Source of the DNA: Pavona decussata | Taxonomy: Eukaryota | Length of the DNA stretch: 64,000 nucleotides | Direction: 5' to 3' | NCBI GenBank assembly: GCA_977016875.1 | Contig: CDRNST010000148.1 | Span: forward strand, 3,844,001 to 3,908,000 | In this document: piece after piece, positions 47,786 to 61,585 of the stretch | How positions within the stretch are numbered: the stretch's first letter is position 1 | How the letters are laid out: every line of letters begins with the position of its first letter | Made by a program: the position numbers and the translations under genes | The notes under the pieces: model-generated | Database searches by the model: none | The model's input: the letters and a program-made list of their open reading frames with translations, nothing else | Told to the model about the DNA's origin: nothing

Positions 47786-50424
47786 TTAAGTGCATCTCTT
47801 AGAGTAACTTCGAGAAAAGATCTTCGAAAACAAATTGCACCCTTAACTATCTTTTGCTGTCCACTAATACCAGACCGCGCGCAGAAAACAAAGCGTATGA
47901 ATTTCATTTTATTCCACTTGCACAAAGTGATAAAATCTTGAAAGAGGTGAAAATTGCCTGCAAAGTAACTGGCGCCTTATCGGTGAGTCACTGACAATCA
48001 CTTTTGTTTGAAAACGATAGCAATAACAAAACGCCGGAAGAAAAATGGAACAAAGGACTCGACTTGAATAAAGTGCAATGTTCCATTAGGAAGAAAAACT
48101 AGCTATAAAATTATTGCTCCCCTGAAAGCTTTTTTCGTCGCTGTATATTTTCTGAATATTTTCAATTCACTGGCAATTGAGTTCTTTTTCGCTGACTATT
48201 GATAATAAGGTGAGTGTTGTGACAATACAGCGTGTTTACCTTTACCACAGAAAAAAATCTCGCACAAGTTTTATATTAACGATTTTTGGAAGGGTCGCGA
48301 AATTTCGGGACGCTGAATGTTCCCCAGTTTGGAGAAATTGTATAAAAGCGCCTTGCCTTTTTCGAAACCACTTTTCGTGATCTCAACTTAAACAAATGCG
48401 AATGGTTTTGTTGAGACATTTTTCTGTATTAGGAGGTCGTTTGTCTCTGGGCACCGCTATTATTTTTATTTTGTAAAATATATTATAAATCTGCGAGCAA
48501 TCTGCTACTAACTGGTAGAACATGTACGTCTCTAAGGACCGAAAAATTACTAGCTTAAAGATTGTACTTTTTACACCTTTTTTTCCCCAATAATCTGCAA
48601 GTCGATTTACACTAACTGAATTCACGCGCGAGGAAACTGTCGGTAAATTCCCTGTCGATTCGTGTTGATTATATCATAGTAACCTTTGATGTTCTACCGA
48701 AACGTGATTCGCAAATCTCTTTCCGTATACCGAGTATTTTTAGTAAATATCAAGCCCATTTGTGTTTAATATGGATCGCTGGCGAAATCCGAAATTCAGC
48801 ATAGCGCGGAAAACTTTTTATTCGCAGCACGTTGCAAACAACAGCTCACTAACCAAAACCCCGCTTAAAGACCCTTTCCTAAAACTTTCGGTTTCAAACA
48901 AATTAAAAGTCACGGGAAAATCTCGGCGACGCCAACACCGGAAAGAGCTCCAGTTTTTTTGTAATCTTACATAGTTTTTTGTACAAGTCCTTAAGCCCTT
49001 TCAATCGGAAAAAAACGTTAATTAAAAATTTAATAAGAAAAAGTGTGACTCGGAAAGAAGCTGTTCCCATTCCCAGGTCATACAATCATTATTATAAATA
49101 TGGAACAATTTGGATCAAGGTCTTTAGTTTTAAGCCATGTTAATGGGTTTTACTTATGTCACCTACATGATTATTTTAAATTTAGCTCGCCATTTTGGAA
49201 CCCATGGGACTTTGAAAAACACCTGCAGTTTCAAAGACTAAACTTCAAGGTAATTTGCCACCGCGGATTTTACAATGAACCACTGTGTAAATTTTCCTAT
49301 CTGGCCGTCAAATTAATAGTGCTCGACCGAGCACTGACTAAGACATTTTCTGTGTACATGCAATTAGCCTACCCGTTTCTCAACTTCTCTCGATTTTCAA
49401 AGTATTAGTAAAAGTGTTCACTTTTTCAGATTTGCGCTGAAAAATCAATCGAAAAATCATCTGGGAATTTGTTCTGAATAAATCTTCTTGCGTTTAACCC
49501 TACCTTAATAATTCATACGGCAGGTAGGTTGTTTGTTATTATTTAATAATTGAAAGAAAGAAGTTTCTTGGAATACGAATATAACGATCGGGAGCAATCT
49601 TAAAACAAGCGTTCTTTCAATTATATGTGGAAAAAAAAAAACATTATTTCCTACATTTCGCCAGAGTTTTTTTTTTTTTTTTTTTTTGCTTAATTTTAGC
49701 ACATACATCTAAAAGATTTTCTTTTCCACTGAGGGTGTTCACCTTTTTAGTAGTTACCCCAACAAGATTTGTTTGTGAAATCGCTAAATTATGTAGGTTA
49801 TAAATCGATTTCTTGCATTAGTTATGTTAGCCAACTAGGACCAAAAGCGATTCTTTACTTTTCTGGATTATGAATGCAGAATTAAGAAAAGTGAACTGAA
49901 CGTTCGAGGAAATTTAAATAAGTTCTTGACGTATAACCACGAATGACAAGGCTCAACAGAGTTATTTTTTACCCATAAATAACTCATTTACTAAGTATAG
50001 CAACGGAGCTTCAACATGTAAACATTGTTAATTTTTCAAAGCCAACTACTGAAGGTGTTAAGCAGAATTTGAGTCGGTTTAGATCGCAAACATCTGTAAT
50101 CAAATAATACTGCTCGGGCTGCTATTCAGAAGACATCTCCTCAAAGTAGGATACTCAACTAAGTATCCGTCTAACTTCAATTCTATCTTGTTTTTATCAC
50201 GATCCATTATTTCTTTCGATCTGCACTCTTGTGTCAGTTTTAGAGACTGAACTGTCTGAACTGAACTAAATGTTGTCAATTCTGTCTGCAGAGACCAGCA
50301 CCAGTCGATGTCTTACTGAGCCAGATAACCGTGGATAATTCAAGCTTCAGTTCATGTTCACCGAGTCCTGATATAAGACTAGACAAAAGGTGCCTGGTTA
50401 AAGATATTTGGAAGGCGAATCAGT

Positions 50425-52738
50425 ATGGATACATCAAAGTCGCCAAACATGGCAAGTCTCTTGACCGCAAGAAGAATGGCCAAACGAAAATTACAGCGAA
50501 GTGCGAGAAAGAAGCGAGAAATAGAAGAACAACGAAAGAAGGTAAACTGGTCTTATGCATAAAATATAATGGCTCTGAATTTCTTTTATTTGGTCCAAGG
50601 TAAGCAAAACAGCTTTCAGGGAGTAATGCCGGGGGTCCTTTGCAGCTAACTGAACGGTCATATGGTACAAAATCCACTATGTTGAAGAGCAAGCTACGCA
50701 CTGGGACATCCAAAGTTTGACTGGTTGAAGTTGGTTTGTTTTGGATGTCCCACGGAGTAGCTTGCTCTCCAGCATAGTGGATGTTGTACCATATGACCGT
50801 TAGCTACAAAGGGCTAAGGAGGGAACCGAAGTCCAGACTTATTCCCGAAGCTTTCCGAAGTAGAGATGTATCCCAAGCCGGTATGGTTTTTTGACAAAAC
50901 TCTGTTGTTCGAATAACAATATCCTATTATTAAGAAACAATACTAAAGATGTATCCTATTTTAGGAGGGATTCGTGATTCTAGCCTCGGGTTTGCATGCA
51001 ATTGCAGTGGTAGTTAGTTTATTTGTATTGAGCAAACAATTACAAAATAACGGTAACATATTCTTAAAGTAATCGTCGAAAGTGTTTGGTCTGTCATGTG
51101 TCATTAGTGATTACCGACTGCTCAACTCTTGTGTAACGTGCTTTATGAACCAATCAGAGTTAAGATATTGATTAATTTTCAACCAATCAGAGGCTGTGAA
51201 GCCAAACCCAAGCGCTTACTTTCGTTCGCTTTTCCCGGGTCTGATAACAGGTTCTGATTGGCTCATTGCATCATGCAGTTGTAAAGTGTACACTAACGGA
51301 TAACCTCGTAAAGACTGCATGTATTAATTTGAAGAATTACTTGGGTGGCTTATATACAACGGTTTCCAAGCACTTCCCTTCAGTTACAAATCGATCATTA
51401 CTATCACTCTTTATTCAACAGTAGTAAGGATATAAGAAAATTCTAAGTGGTAAACAAATTAAGTTCATGTGAAAGATATGTGATGTTATGTTTTAAGCCT
51501 GGCCCCGTAGTTCAAAGAGCGGATAACCTTATCATGATCCAGAGGATAAGTCGGTGACAAGAGGATAAAATGTACCCCAACTAATACAATTTCTTCCATG
51601 GATAGCGACTTCAGCGTGATAAAACGCAACTTTTTGTAGGAAAGGATTCAGTGCCACCTAAAATTTTAGCAAATTTAAAAAAAATTGTAAGACAACTATG
51701 AATTGTTTACCAATAACTAGGCATTTGTTTAATAAGTAAACGTTATCATGTGCTTGTATCAACTGATAAAGTAGTATTGGAAAGTGTTGGAAACCGGTCG
51801 ATCATCGGTAAATTTTCTCCTTGATAATCGGTGCGTTCGGTTCAGGTTGTCGAATGCGTAGCCTCCCACGCAGTCGTTTTTAGGGGTCTCGTATTATCTC
51901 CTCTCCACAAACGAGTCCCCTGAAAACGACTGCGTGGGAGGCTATCGTACGCGTGACTGAATTTCTCAAAAATCACGCGAGGCGTTCGGATATTCAGTAT
52001 TTCACATTTACATGGTTTTACCTTGTCGTGAGAATAAATTTAGTCAAATCCGAGGCAGGATACGGCCTGGGTGCTTTCGGTATCGCCTAGTCTGCGTATT
52101 AAGCGTTTCCAGCGGGCGCGAGCGAAAGCTATTTTTCGGTTTCTGGCCGCGCGAGAAACCCCAAAAAAATTGGCGCTCGCCCTATTTCTCGCGCGGCCAG
52201 ACACCGAAAAATGGCTTTTCGCTCGCGCCCGCTGGAAACGCTTGCTACGTTGGCTTTTTCGTCATACTGTGTAACCAGTTGTAACTATACAATGCTGTTG
52301 CAGCAACTAAATTTCTTAGCATGAGTGAACTTTACTGAAAAAGTTAAGATCAGGAATGAGAAATAATTCGAAATATTTGGATGAATGAAATCATCATGGC
52401 ATATGAATATAGAGATGTTTGCACAAACTTGAAAATTTGTCAACTAAACTCTTATTAAAACCATTCAAATTACAGAAAAGTTTGTTTAGGATACAATGCA
52501 GTGCTTACGCAGTGTAATCTGCATCTGAAAGCTAGCGGTATTTCATTTGTCTTCTTTAATGGGGGGTTAATGAAAATTGAAAACTACAACTGCATTCATC
52601 TCATTATGCATTGTACCAACACTGCTGCAGCCGTTTAACATGGAGCGTCACAGAAGCACAAAGAAGTTGAGAAAACCTCCGACTGGGATTCTTAAGAAGC
52701 ACGTGTCTGCGCCAGTCGCCGTTGTGTTAATTAAGAAA
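50425..52738 (+). CDS. Possible small, highly basic spliced ORF (3' end unresolved; could be a decayed gene)
   Basis: 50425-50541 (MDTSKSPNMASLLTARRMAKRKLQRSARKKREIEEQRKK|GT) joins in phase 0 to 52631-52738 (CAG|PFNMERHRSTKKLRKPPTGILKKHVSAPVAVVLIKK|GTGAGT). Confidence 0.3.
50633..50815. mobile_element. Palindromic MITE
   Basis: CCTTTGCAGCTAAC..GGTCATATGGTACAA..CCACTATG pairs with CATAGTGG..TTGTACCATATGACC..GTTAGCTACAAAGG. Confidence 0.75.
51859..51944. mobile_element. TAG..CTA mini-MITE
   Basis: TAGCCTCCCACGCAGTCGTTTT / AAAACGACTGCGTGGGAGGCTA; flanks TCGAATGCG / TCGTACGCG (7/9 match). Confidence 0.8.
52088..52256. mobile_element. TAG..CTA-type palindromic MITE
   Basis: AAGCGTTTCCAGCGGGCGCGAGCGAAA / TTTCGCTCGCGCCCGCTGGAAACGCTT. 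Confidence 0.7.
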
Positions 52739-54649
52739 GTGAGTCTGGCGGGGGGATTTGTTTCGTTCTTCTTATTATTGAATCAAAATATCTTTTGATA
52801 ATTTATTTGTCGAGATTTGTGTGATGGACATTCAATGATCAATCGATTAATTGCGAAATATTCTTGCAGTAACGGTTATTTCATGAAGAACTCCTACTGT
52901 ACAAAGAATATTAATAGCATAAATATAGCATCTGGCTGTAAGGGAAAACTTATTTCAGAATCCAATATATATAGTTTGAAAGACCCCGTCTTTCTTCTTC
53001 AGGGCATCGACCTTTCTTTTTTATCATATTTTTCGTGTACCTGTATTTGTTCATCACTTTATTGTTGATTATATCCTTAACGACAGGATCCGATGCTTTT
53101 ATTTTCAAGTTTTTTCGGTGCTCCTTACAAACACAGTTATACGAAAAGTTAACCTTTACTAGCAGGGCCGGTTTTTCTTCAAGATCGGGTCCATTCTCGA
53201 CTCCAGATTTCTTCTCTGCGCATGACCAAAGGACAGAGCCTTCAAGTCTTGCGCACTTCGCGGCACTCCGCAAACCGGAACATTCTGGAGTCGAGAAGTG
53301 AAGATCGTAAGATGCGCTCGCGCAGAAATTGCGACAGTTGGAAAACTGAGGTACCCTTGGAGGCGTAAAGTGTCGGTGTTGCCTCTTACATAAGGCCTTT
53401 CGCATTTGAAGAAGTCTGGTTCAAAGTACGGCTTACGCTAATGCGTCCACGCAGCATCCAAGAGAATATGATGTGACAGAGCAAAGCCCCATAATTATAA
53501 ATTGGCCTCTCGTCATAATTTGGTTTAAATGATTAGTCTAATTTTAGCCCGGCATGTTAAAACTGAGCTGACTGGTAAATTGAAATCAATCCTCAGGAGG
53601 AACTGGGATTCGTTTTCATACATTATGTTCTCTTGGTGCAAAATATTCCCAGGAAAAGAATGACGAACGTTAACCAGTTTTCCGTAGCATGATGGGATAT
53701 GTAAGACTCAGTACACACTCTCCAATACTGCCGTTTTCATGAAAAATTTCAACATCATTCCGCGCAATGTTGCAAACCTCTTTTTCGTTTCATTGTGTGT
53801 AGTGTTGCAGTTAACAGACCAAAACACGTTGTCATTCCTCGAGGTTTCAAAACTGACCAATTGCAATCATTGTCAGGTGCCCACGTCAATCAGTATGCAT
53901 GCTTTTAAATTCTTGAACGTTATATACGTATAATTCATGCAAGCTCACAATTTCTGATTGTTAGTCGACAATGGGGCAAATTTGCTGATTCCCAATGGTT
54001 TTTAAAATAAACAAAGCGTCGGCGTTTCAACTTTCACATTTCCGTCTAAAACAATAATTAATGGCTCTCTTTGGGAAGCAGATACTTAATTTAGCGCCAA
54101 CAAGCCTGGATGATCCTGTTACGCGGCAAACTGATGTGCAACATTGTTCAGCTAGTGTTGTTTTGTTTTTTCTAGTCGATGGTAAAAGCTTACTCACTAG
54201 ATAAACAAATTGCAAGCTTTATGGAGATTTTAGAGGTTCCAAATCGTTCTAAACGCGGTAAAAATACGCGGCAGGGAAAGAAAAGTGAAACATGGCGACA
54301 GGTTGGTCATTCAGTATTTGTCTTCAGTACGTGGTTAAGCTCGTAGTAACCGACTGAACGAAATGATGTTTCCTTTGCGACAAGCTTGTATATGATCACG
54401 AGTTTGATATGTTCTGTAACCGGGATTCAGCCTGCCTGTAATTTTGTGTTGGAACGGGTATTCAGAGAGGTCAAAGGTGTGACCATAGCAAGATATTACA
54501 ATCAGCAAAATAGTTTGAGTTATATTATTTTAACTGTAAAACGTAATGGCTGCAAAAGAATTGTTTTGCGTTTTGGAGGTTCACTCAAAACGTACCAAGT
54601 ATTCGTACCCACCCCTCCCTAAGCCTCAGAAAATTTGTTGACAAGTATC

Positions 54650-54662
54650 GTTGCATAGCAAC
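54650..54662. promoter_or_regulatory. RFX X-box-like site
   Basis: GTTGCATAGCAAC, 28 bp upstream of the ATG of a ciliary gene. Confidence 0.6.
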
Positions 54663-54690
54663 AAGTGGCCCCGTGTTCGCAGCATTCAAA

Positions 54691-57600
54691 ATGGCGGACA
54701 CGAAGAAGTCTCGATCGGCCATTCGAATCAAATCTTCGGAAAGAGAAAGGAAAAAATCTGCCAGTAAAAGAGATTCGGCGACAACGAGAAACAAAAACCA
54801 GTCGGTTAGCATCCTTGTGTCTTTCGCTTCGAGATTTGCTTTGTTGTTTTTGTGTTGTTTGTCACAGATATTTCAGTTTGTGCCTACTTCATTTGTTTTG
54901 TTTTAACTAATGTACGTACATTTTGAGAGGTGGAAAGCCCCTTAAACTAATTAAAGTGACTAGTTTAAACTAAATTTAAACTATGATTTAGAAATTTAAC
55001 GAGTAAAATGCGTGATCAAGTGGTTAGATGTGAAAATTTGTTAATTTACAATGTTGTTCTTAAACGTATTATTATCTGCAGCTGAAAGGTTAGCTAGCTA
55101 TTGTAAACATGCTAAGCCTTCATCGTTTCTGATCATATTTACTCCTTACCTTCATTATAAACTGTGATAACATTATTGTCAAACATATTGGTATCCAAAT
55201 TAAAAAGGATTCATGAATCATGATCAGTCAACCAGTAATGTTCATCTTCTGCGATATGATGTAAATCTCCAACCATTATTGCTGATTGTAACTCACAGGA
55301 AGAAGAGGAGAAGGAATCCTTAGCATGGAAAGTTTTGTCAGAAGAACAAACTCAGTCACTGAAGGAACTTACAGTCCATGAGCTAGAAGTGTGAGTTTGT
55401 ACAAACACTATTTATAGTGTTGTGGTGGTAATTGGTAAATTTGAGACTTTGCAAGACTGTAATGAGACTTAAAGCATTCTTATATTCTGTGAGCCTGAGG
55501 CTTTCCTAGCCTCGCAGCAACAAAAAAATAAAAACCAACAAAAAGAAAATAAAGTCAAGACCCTGAGATGGCTTTGTGTAAAAATAGACTGTGACCTGTA
55601 GAGGGCTCAAAATTTGACTGAAATTTTGTGAGATGCTATTGAAATGTATAAATTTCTTATTTTTCCAAATTGATTTTAATTTATGAAATATATCTGAGAC
55701 CATTTACAAACTAAAAGACCTTTTCACGTGGAGACAAGGCATTCTTATATCTAGGTTAGCTGGAGGTGGTGGTAATTATATCAGAAGACAATTTTTTTTT
55801 ATTTTGCCACCACTTTGAAGACTCTCCAGGATGAAACCTTCATTGGTAACCTGGCCTGCCAACCTTAATTCAGCATGTTGAAAACTGAATGCATAAATTT
55901 ATTTAATTTATTTGTTTAAATTAATAATGTTGTCTTGACAACAGAAAACTGGCTGAAGTACTCCTGATTGAAAATTATCACATCTCTCTTCCTGACGCCT
56001 GTGTACTGGACTATTATGTTGCAGGATTTTGGTATCCTTTTCAATTTTTATCGTTAATGAATAATGAAATCAACATTTAAAATTTTTTTCTTGGTGATTT
56101 TATGCTTCACCTGGTGTCATAAGTTGTGTAATTTATTTGCTTTATAAAAATTTTTGCATTACCATGACTTTTACATACATGTATCCTTGACAAAGATCCT
56201 TCTATCAAGGTTTGCCAAAGAACAAAATTTTACACTTCAGCAGATTTCTGCATTCTTCACTCTTCTCAAAGTGATGCTAGATAACATAAAAGGTAAGCAA
56301 TATTTTGTAAATACATAATCAAAAACCTTATAAATGTTCTCCTTATGCAAATTATATGAGAATGAGAGGACAAGATCTTCAAGTTAGGGATATTGCTTGA
56401 AAAATATACAAATAATAATTTACATGTATTAAGCTAGTGTGAAGCAGGGGTGATACTCAGGATTAAAAGTGGTGTAAAGGAGCAAGGGATTTTACCACCA
56501 CATGCATTTTGCCATAATTGCACAGTACTAGTATTTATAAAATTAAGCTATTAAAATAATATTAATAGTATATACTGATGACCAGTGAACTTTTATTATT
56601 ACTTTTTTCAGAAAAACAGTTCTCATTGGTTGAGAGCATTCAAAAGTTCAAGTCACTTCTGGCAGGAATTGGAGTGGAGAACTGTTCTCAGAATGGAGGC
56701 CTTGAATGTTTTGATGTGACTCAAGCTAAACTCATTACTGACTACTTTACTGACAGGTAAAAGCTTTGTATCCCCAGCAGTAATTAATCTATCTACAAAC
56801 TTGGACAAAATTGTTAAGAAACTTTTTGTTGATCTACAAATTCCACTGCTACAGTGATACATCAACAACTCAGCCCCCTCCCCCCTCCCCCTCACCAATG
56901 TTGGTCTGCCATTGTAAAAAAGGCTGGGACATTGTCCGGCCTTCAAAGCAACATTGAGTGAGGGGAGGGGGGAGTTGAGGTTTGCTACTCTCCAGGCGGT
57001 GTTTTTGTCCATGATTAAAGCTTAGTTCTCATTACTCTCTTTAATGTTGTGGGGGAGGGGGGGGGGGGGGGGGGTCAGGGGGATGGGTGATGGGAGCCCA
57101 GGAGATAAAGGGGTGGTGAGTCTACAAATTGTCACTCGCATCCTTTTTCTAGTGAGCCCTTCAAATGCGATAATTGTCAGGTAACCAGACTGGTCAGAAT
57201 AATCAGGAGCTCTAACTTTTATTTTGAATTGTTTTAAATTCATACCCCCTATGTTTCCCACCCAAGGTTTTTTTGTTGAAAACTGATCACAAGATTGGTT
57301 GGAACATAGAAAAATACCAGTGCATGTACAGTGTATATTCTGTAAAGTGATGACTTAATTTCTTCTTTTTGCAGCTTATTTCAGCATTACAAACTGTACC
57401 AGTTTCTCTTCACCCAGGATCCACAAGAGGAAGTTGTTGTATCTGAGGTGCGTCGTCTTCAGTGCTGATCAGTGTTAAGTCCAGAACTTCACATAAGGGG
57501 GGGGGGGGGGGGGGAGGGGGTCGTCTGAGTAAACAGAAAACAAGTGGGATAGAATGGAACATCTAGGTATTGAACAATTTTCAAAGAAGGATGATAAATT

Positions 57601-59763
57601 TGAAGTTTTGTCGTCAAATAAGGAAGGTGTATTGAACAATTGTCATAAGCGAGGGATATTGAAAAATGTTGAGTCTCAGATGGGATTTAAACCCATGACC
57701 TTCCACAAGCCATTGAGATGATGCAGTGATGAACTAACCATTGGATTACAAGGAGACTTGTGGCAATTAAGGTCATTTCATGTAACACACCTCCTGCATA
57801 TACTACTAAGATGAGCAGTTGTGTTGAACGTGTCTTGTGTAGTGATAAGGCTTCAGGTCAACACCCAGTGAGCATGGACTAAATTAAAAATCTGACTCCC
57901 TTAAATGGGAATTGAATCCTTTTTTTGTTTCAATAAAAAAGGGTGTGATGCTCCCTGCTCCTCCACTCACTCTAACCACTGCTCATCACCACTCCGTCAA
58001 ATTGTATATTTAGCATAATTTATGTTGATTTTTTTTCTTTTTAACCTCTTCTTTCTGTAGCTGGCTGTTGAAATTCCACCTCTGGCCGACGTCCCATTTC
58101 CACCTCCACTAGATGAAGGAATGACAGAGGAGGTGTGGAGGGAACATGTGATGACACCACCTCAGTCACCTCAACTAGAAGAAAAGAAAGAAGTAAGAAT
58201 TACAGCCTGATTTAAAGCTTTTTTTCTGGAAGGTGTACTACTAAGGCCAAGATTGATGCAGAGTTTGTGAACTTTGGGAAGTTTATTCCTACAAATACAC
58301 TGAAAGGACTAAGAGAAATGGACTGCACAAAAACTAAATGCACTGGAGAAAACTTTGGAGATTGTTTGCTCTGCTCAGACTGGAGAGGATTACACTAGAC
58401 TATACTTTAAAGGGAAGCTGGTGTTTTACCCCCCGAGATGTAAGCTATACATTTTGTGCCACACCCTTCCCCAGTGGATAATATGGGTTGTTTAACCCTC
58501 TTGCACACTGCACACAGGTTAAGGTCTGATGCCATTTTCTTTTTTCTTTTTTTTTTTTTGGCCAACTTGGTTGAAATAGGAGACAGTCTGTCTCATTGTC
58601 CTGAACAGAGGAAATAGTGTAAGGCTTAGATCCAGGATGTAACAGGTTACAGTCTTCCTGGTGAACATCTGTCTTAATGTTTCAATCTTTGTTTTGTAGA
58701 GAGAAATGGACTCAAAAGGGGAGGAAGGTATGTAAGGTTTTAAATGTTGAAAGTACGTCTGTAATACTGCTACTCACTTTCAAAAGCATTGTGGACCATG
58801 TCTAATTTAAATTATGAATATTTCTCCCTGGAAGTCCAGCATTTTATTTTATAATTTTATTTTTAAACAACTACATTGCATGTTAACATCAAAGTTGACA
58901 ATGATTTTAGGAGGTATGTTGCTTTATGAGATAAGAAACAGTGTTCCATGTTGTCTTTCTATCAATGGGTGCTGGTGAAGGCTAACCCTGCGATGGCCTT
59001 GCGTCTCATCAAGGGGGGGGGGGGGAGGGGAGTGAGTAGTTTATACTCCTAGTTTGCTACATGCTACAGGAACTTGGTAAAGCACTCATTGTATGGGCCA
59101 CCTAGTCCTTTGGGTGCTACTTGACCAATTTGACTAGGAACATAGAGTTTCTTTTCATTGCATTTCTTGTTTTTTTAGCCCAGTCAGCTGCTGTATCCCA
59201 GCCTGAGAATCAAACTGCAGAAGATATTTTAGCATCTGTTAAACCCGAGGATGTCAAAAATATTGTGAACAAAGTAGCAGATGAGGTGTTAGGAAATTTT
59301 AAGGTAGACTGTTTCTTGTACTGTATTTGAATGATTACTGATAATGATATTAATTTTGTCTTTTTGTTTGAAACAGGTAGGGAGTTGCAGGATGGGCAAC
59401 ATAAATTGTTGGATGATAGTTTAATTACAGCATGACATGCTAGTGGATTTTCACAAAATTCTTTTTTTTTTTTACACATTAATTTGCAAACTTTCTTGGA
59501 GTTTCCAAGCAGAATTTGAGGATAGTTTTTATGAAGCCAATACAAGACCACAAGCAATCTTGTGTTAGTTCCCTGGAAACTTTGCACTGTTAAAAGTTTG
59601 AAGATTGCCAGGATAGCAGAATTGTTACTGTACATCTTGGATCAGACGCAATGATTCTTTAACCATTTTTTATGTTTTTGTTATTTAGGCTGAAGTTGAA
59701 GCAAAACTCAAGGAAAGAGAAACGTTGTTAGCGGGAAAAATTGGAAAACTTCAGACAAGATAG
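54691..59763 (+). CDS. CABCOCO1: Ciliary-associated calcium-binding coiled-coil protein 1 (C10orf107; CLAMP family), 10 exons
   Basis: Exons 54691-54804, 55299-55390, 55945-56031, 56210-56292, 56612-56756, 57375-57447, 58061-58192, 58700-58727, 59179-59303, 59689-59763 (TAG), all phase-consistent. Motifs LDYYVAGFWFAKE..F, SLVESI, FDVTQAKLITDYF.DSLFQHYKLYQFLF and PFPPPLDEG. Confidence 0.85.
56032..56209 (+). other. U12-type GT-AG intron in CABCOCO1
   Basis: 5' splice site GTATCCTTT; branch point TCCTTGAC at 56184-56191; the splice rebuilds the Trp codon TG|G. Confidence 0.9.
57660..57835 (-). mobile_element. Degenerate tRNA-derived SINE; other SINE fragments at ~2085-2180, 7737-7815 and 58965-59110
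   Basis: Minus-strand B-box-like GGGTTTAAATCCCATCTGAGACTC and A-box-like TCCAATGGTTAG. Confidence 0.45.
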
Positions 59764-61585
59764 CAGTACATTACTACTTTTTCTGTAAATACATGTAGAC
59801 TGAGAAATGAGAACTGTAAATATTGTAAACTCAATCGGGTAGCATAACTTTTCTCGAAATTTTTATGGTGATTGCAATTAAACGTTTATAGCAAAGCCTC
59901 AATAAGTATTGCAGTATTGGTCACATTCCGTACATTTGACTGAAAATTGTTTTGGTTTAAAAGTTTTCAAGCCAGTTTGAGTTTTATTTTACTGCCTTCC
60001 GGATTACATCAGTGAATCTGAGACAAGAAAATAAAATGAAACTGATTTGAAAAAATTCGAACCAAAAACGAATTTAATTTGCAACATGTACACAAAGAAA
60101 TCAAAACAAAGAGAGTACTTTAGAGTGTAGGATAGTTTAATTAATGTGTGAAGTTGAAGTCAGTTGTGTGCATCTAAGATGTCTCTGTTGTAAATAATAA
60201 TCCAAGAATCTGTAGTATTTATGTCTGGTTTAAAATAAACCTATGACTTACTGAATCGTTTTGGTTTTGGTATTTTTCGTCCAACTCTGTTCCTGTGGTC
60301 GCGAGAAGTTGTGGTTCATTGAGCTGAATATCTGAAGTTAGTCTGTGAAACCCTCAGCTTTCCCGTACGTATGACTGTGCGTTTAGATTTTGCTCGCACG
60401 ACATTGACACACTCTTCAGTTCCAACATCAGACCGAATCCCTCTACACGTGAAACGGTTAGTCTCACATCACAAGTAGCACCGTAATGCATCAGTCAATT
60501 CCAGCTGCGCCCACCCCCCATTCCCCCGGGGCATTTTTTCCTCATTGTCTGTCGGCTTGGGTGCTGGGGTGCTGGGTATTCCCCCTGGGGCTTTATATAG
60601 CCGCGTGATTTTCACTTTACGGTACAGTCACTTCTTGATTGCAACAAAAAAAATTGTGATTAACTTTGTGTAAGGGGGATAAAATGAAATGACAGATAAT
60701 AAAAATAACTTTATTCAAGTGTTGATATCAATAGCAGTTGCCTCGTTTCACCCGGCTATTGCGCATACGTTCTGTGTATCTTCGAGAAAGCCGAATTTCT
60801 GAACGGCGGTTCCTGCTAAAATAGAGATATTTTTGACTTCGCGGGAAAACAAAGGTTGAAAACAGAAAAAACAAAATGTTATTTCGGGAAAACAGAACTT
60901 GGCACTGATTCCTAAAAAAACATTAGGTGTACATTTTTTTTTTTTTTTTTTTGCGGAACACTGCTGGAAATGACATTTCCCGGAGTCTTTCCGTTTGCAT
61001 AATCCGTTAAGAAGAATAATTCAGTTCTATTCCCCTGGGCAATTGCGTAAAAACACTCACACCAAGTAGTTAGCGAGTTTTTTAAAAATTTTTGTCCATG
61101 TACACGATCAGAGTTCACGCTCCAAGGGACTGGGTTTGAGGTATATTATTACAAATCACGAGTTTGGGCGGTCATGGCGGATTTTTTTTTGGCTTTCTCG
61201 GAAACATTTTCCTCCGGTTTTGTGGCTTCTGAAAGGAAGTAAAATAAACATTGATTTGTAGGAACATACACGGACAGAAGTCATGTGGTAAACATTTGGT
61301 TCTGCCGCGAGCTATGTCGAACGCTTCTATAAATTGGACTTGGAAAACTCGAGGAATTGAAACAACCAGCTGACAACGACGTTTCTTCGCCGATGGATTT
61401 GAAGTTAGAAGACTACAACGAACGATAGATGCCGAGAGTTGGCTTTGTTTTCGTAAAGAAGCTCGAATTATTGTTGTATAATTCAGATAATTGTATCACT
61501 TCATCGTCGAAGTAATAATTTTTTCTAGCTGTACGGTCTTGTTGTTATTGTACGCTGTCGTCGTCTAAAGATTAAGCGCTCAATA

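Noticed and set aside
53070-53087. U12 signal ATATCCTTAAC
   Set aside because: As a branch point it is too close to the AG, and I found no matching U12 partner site.
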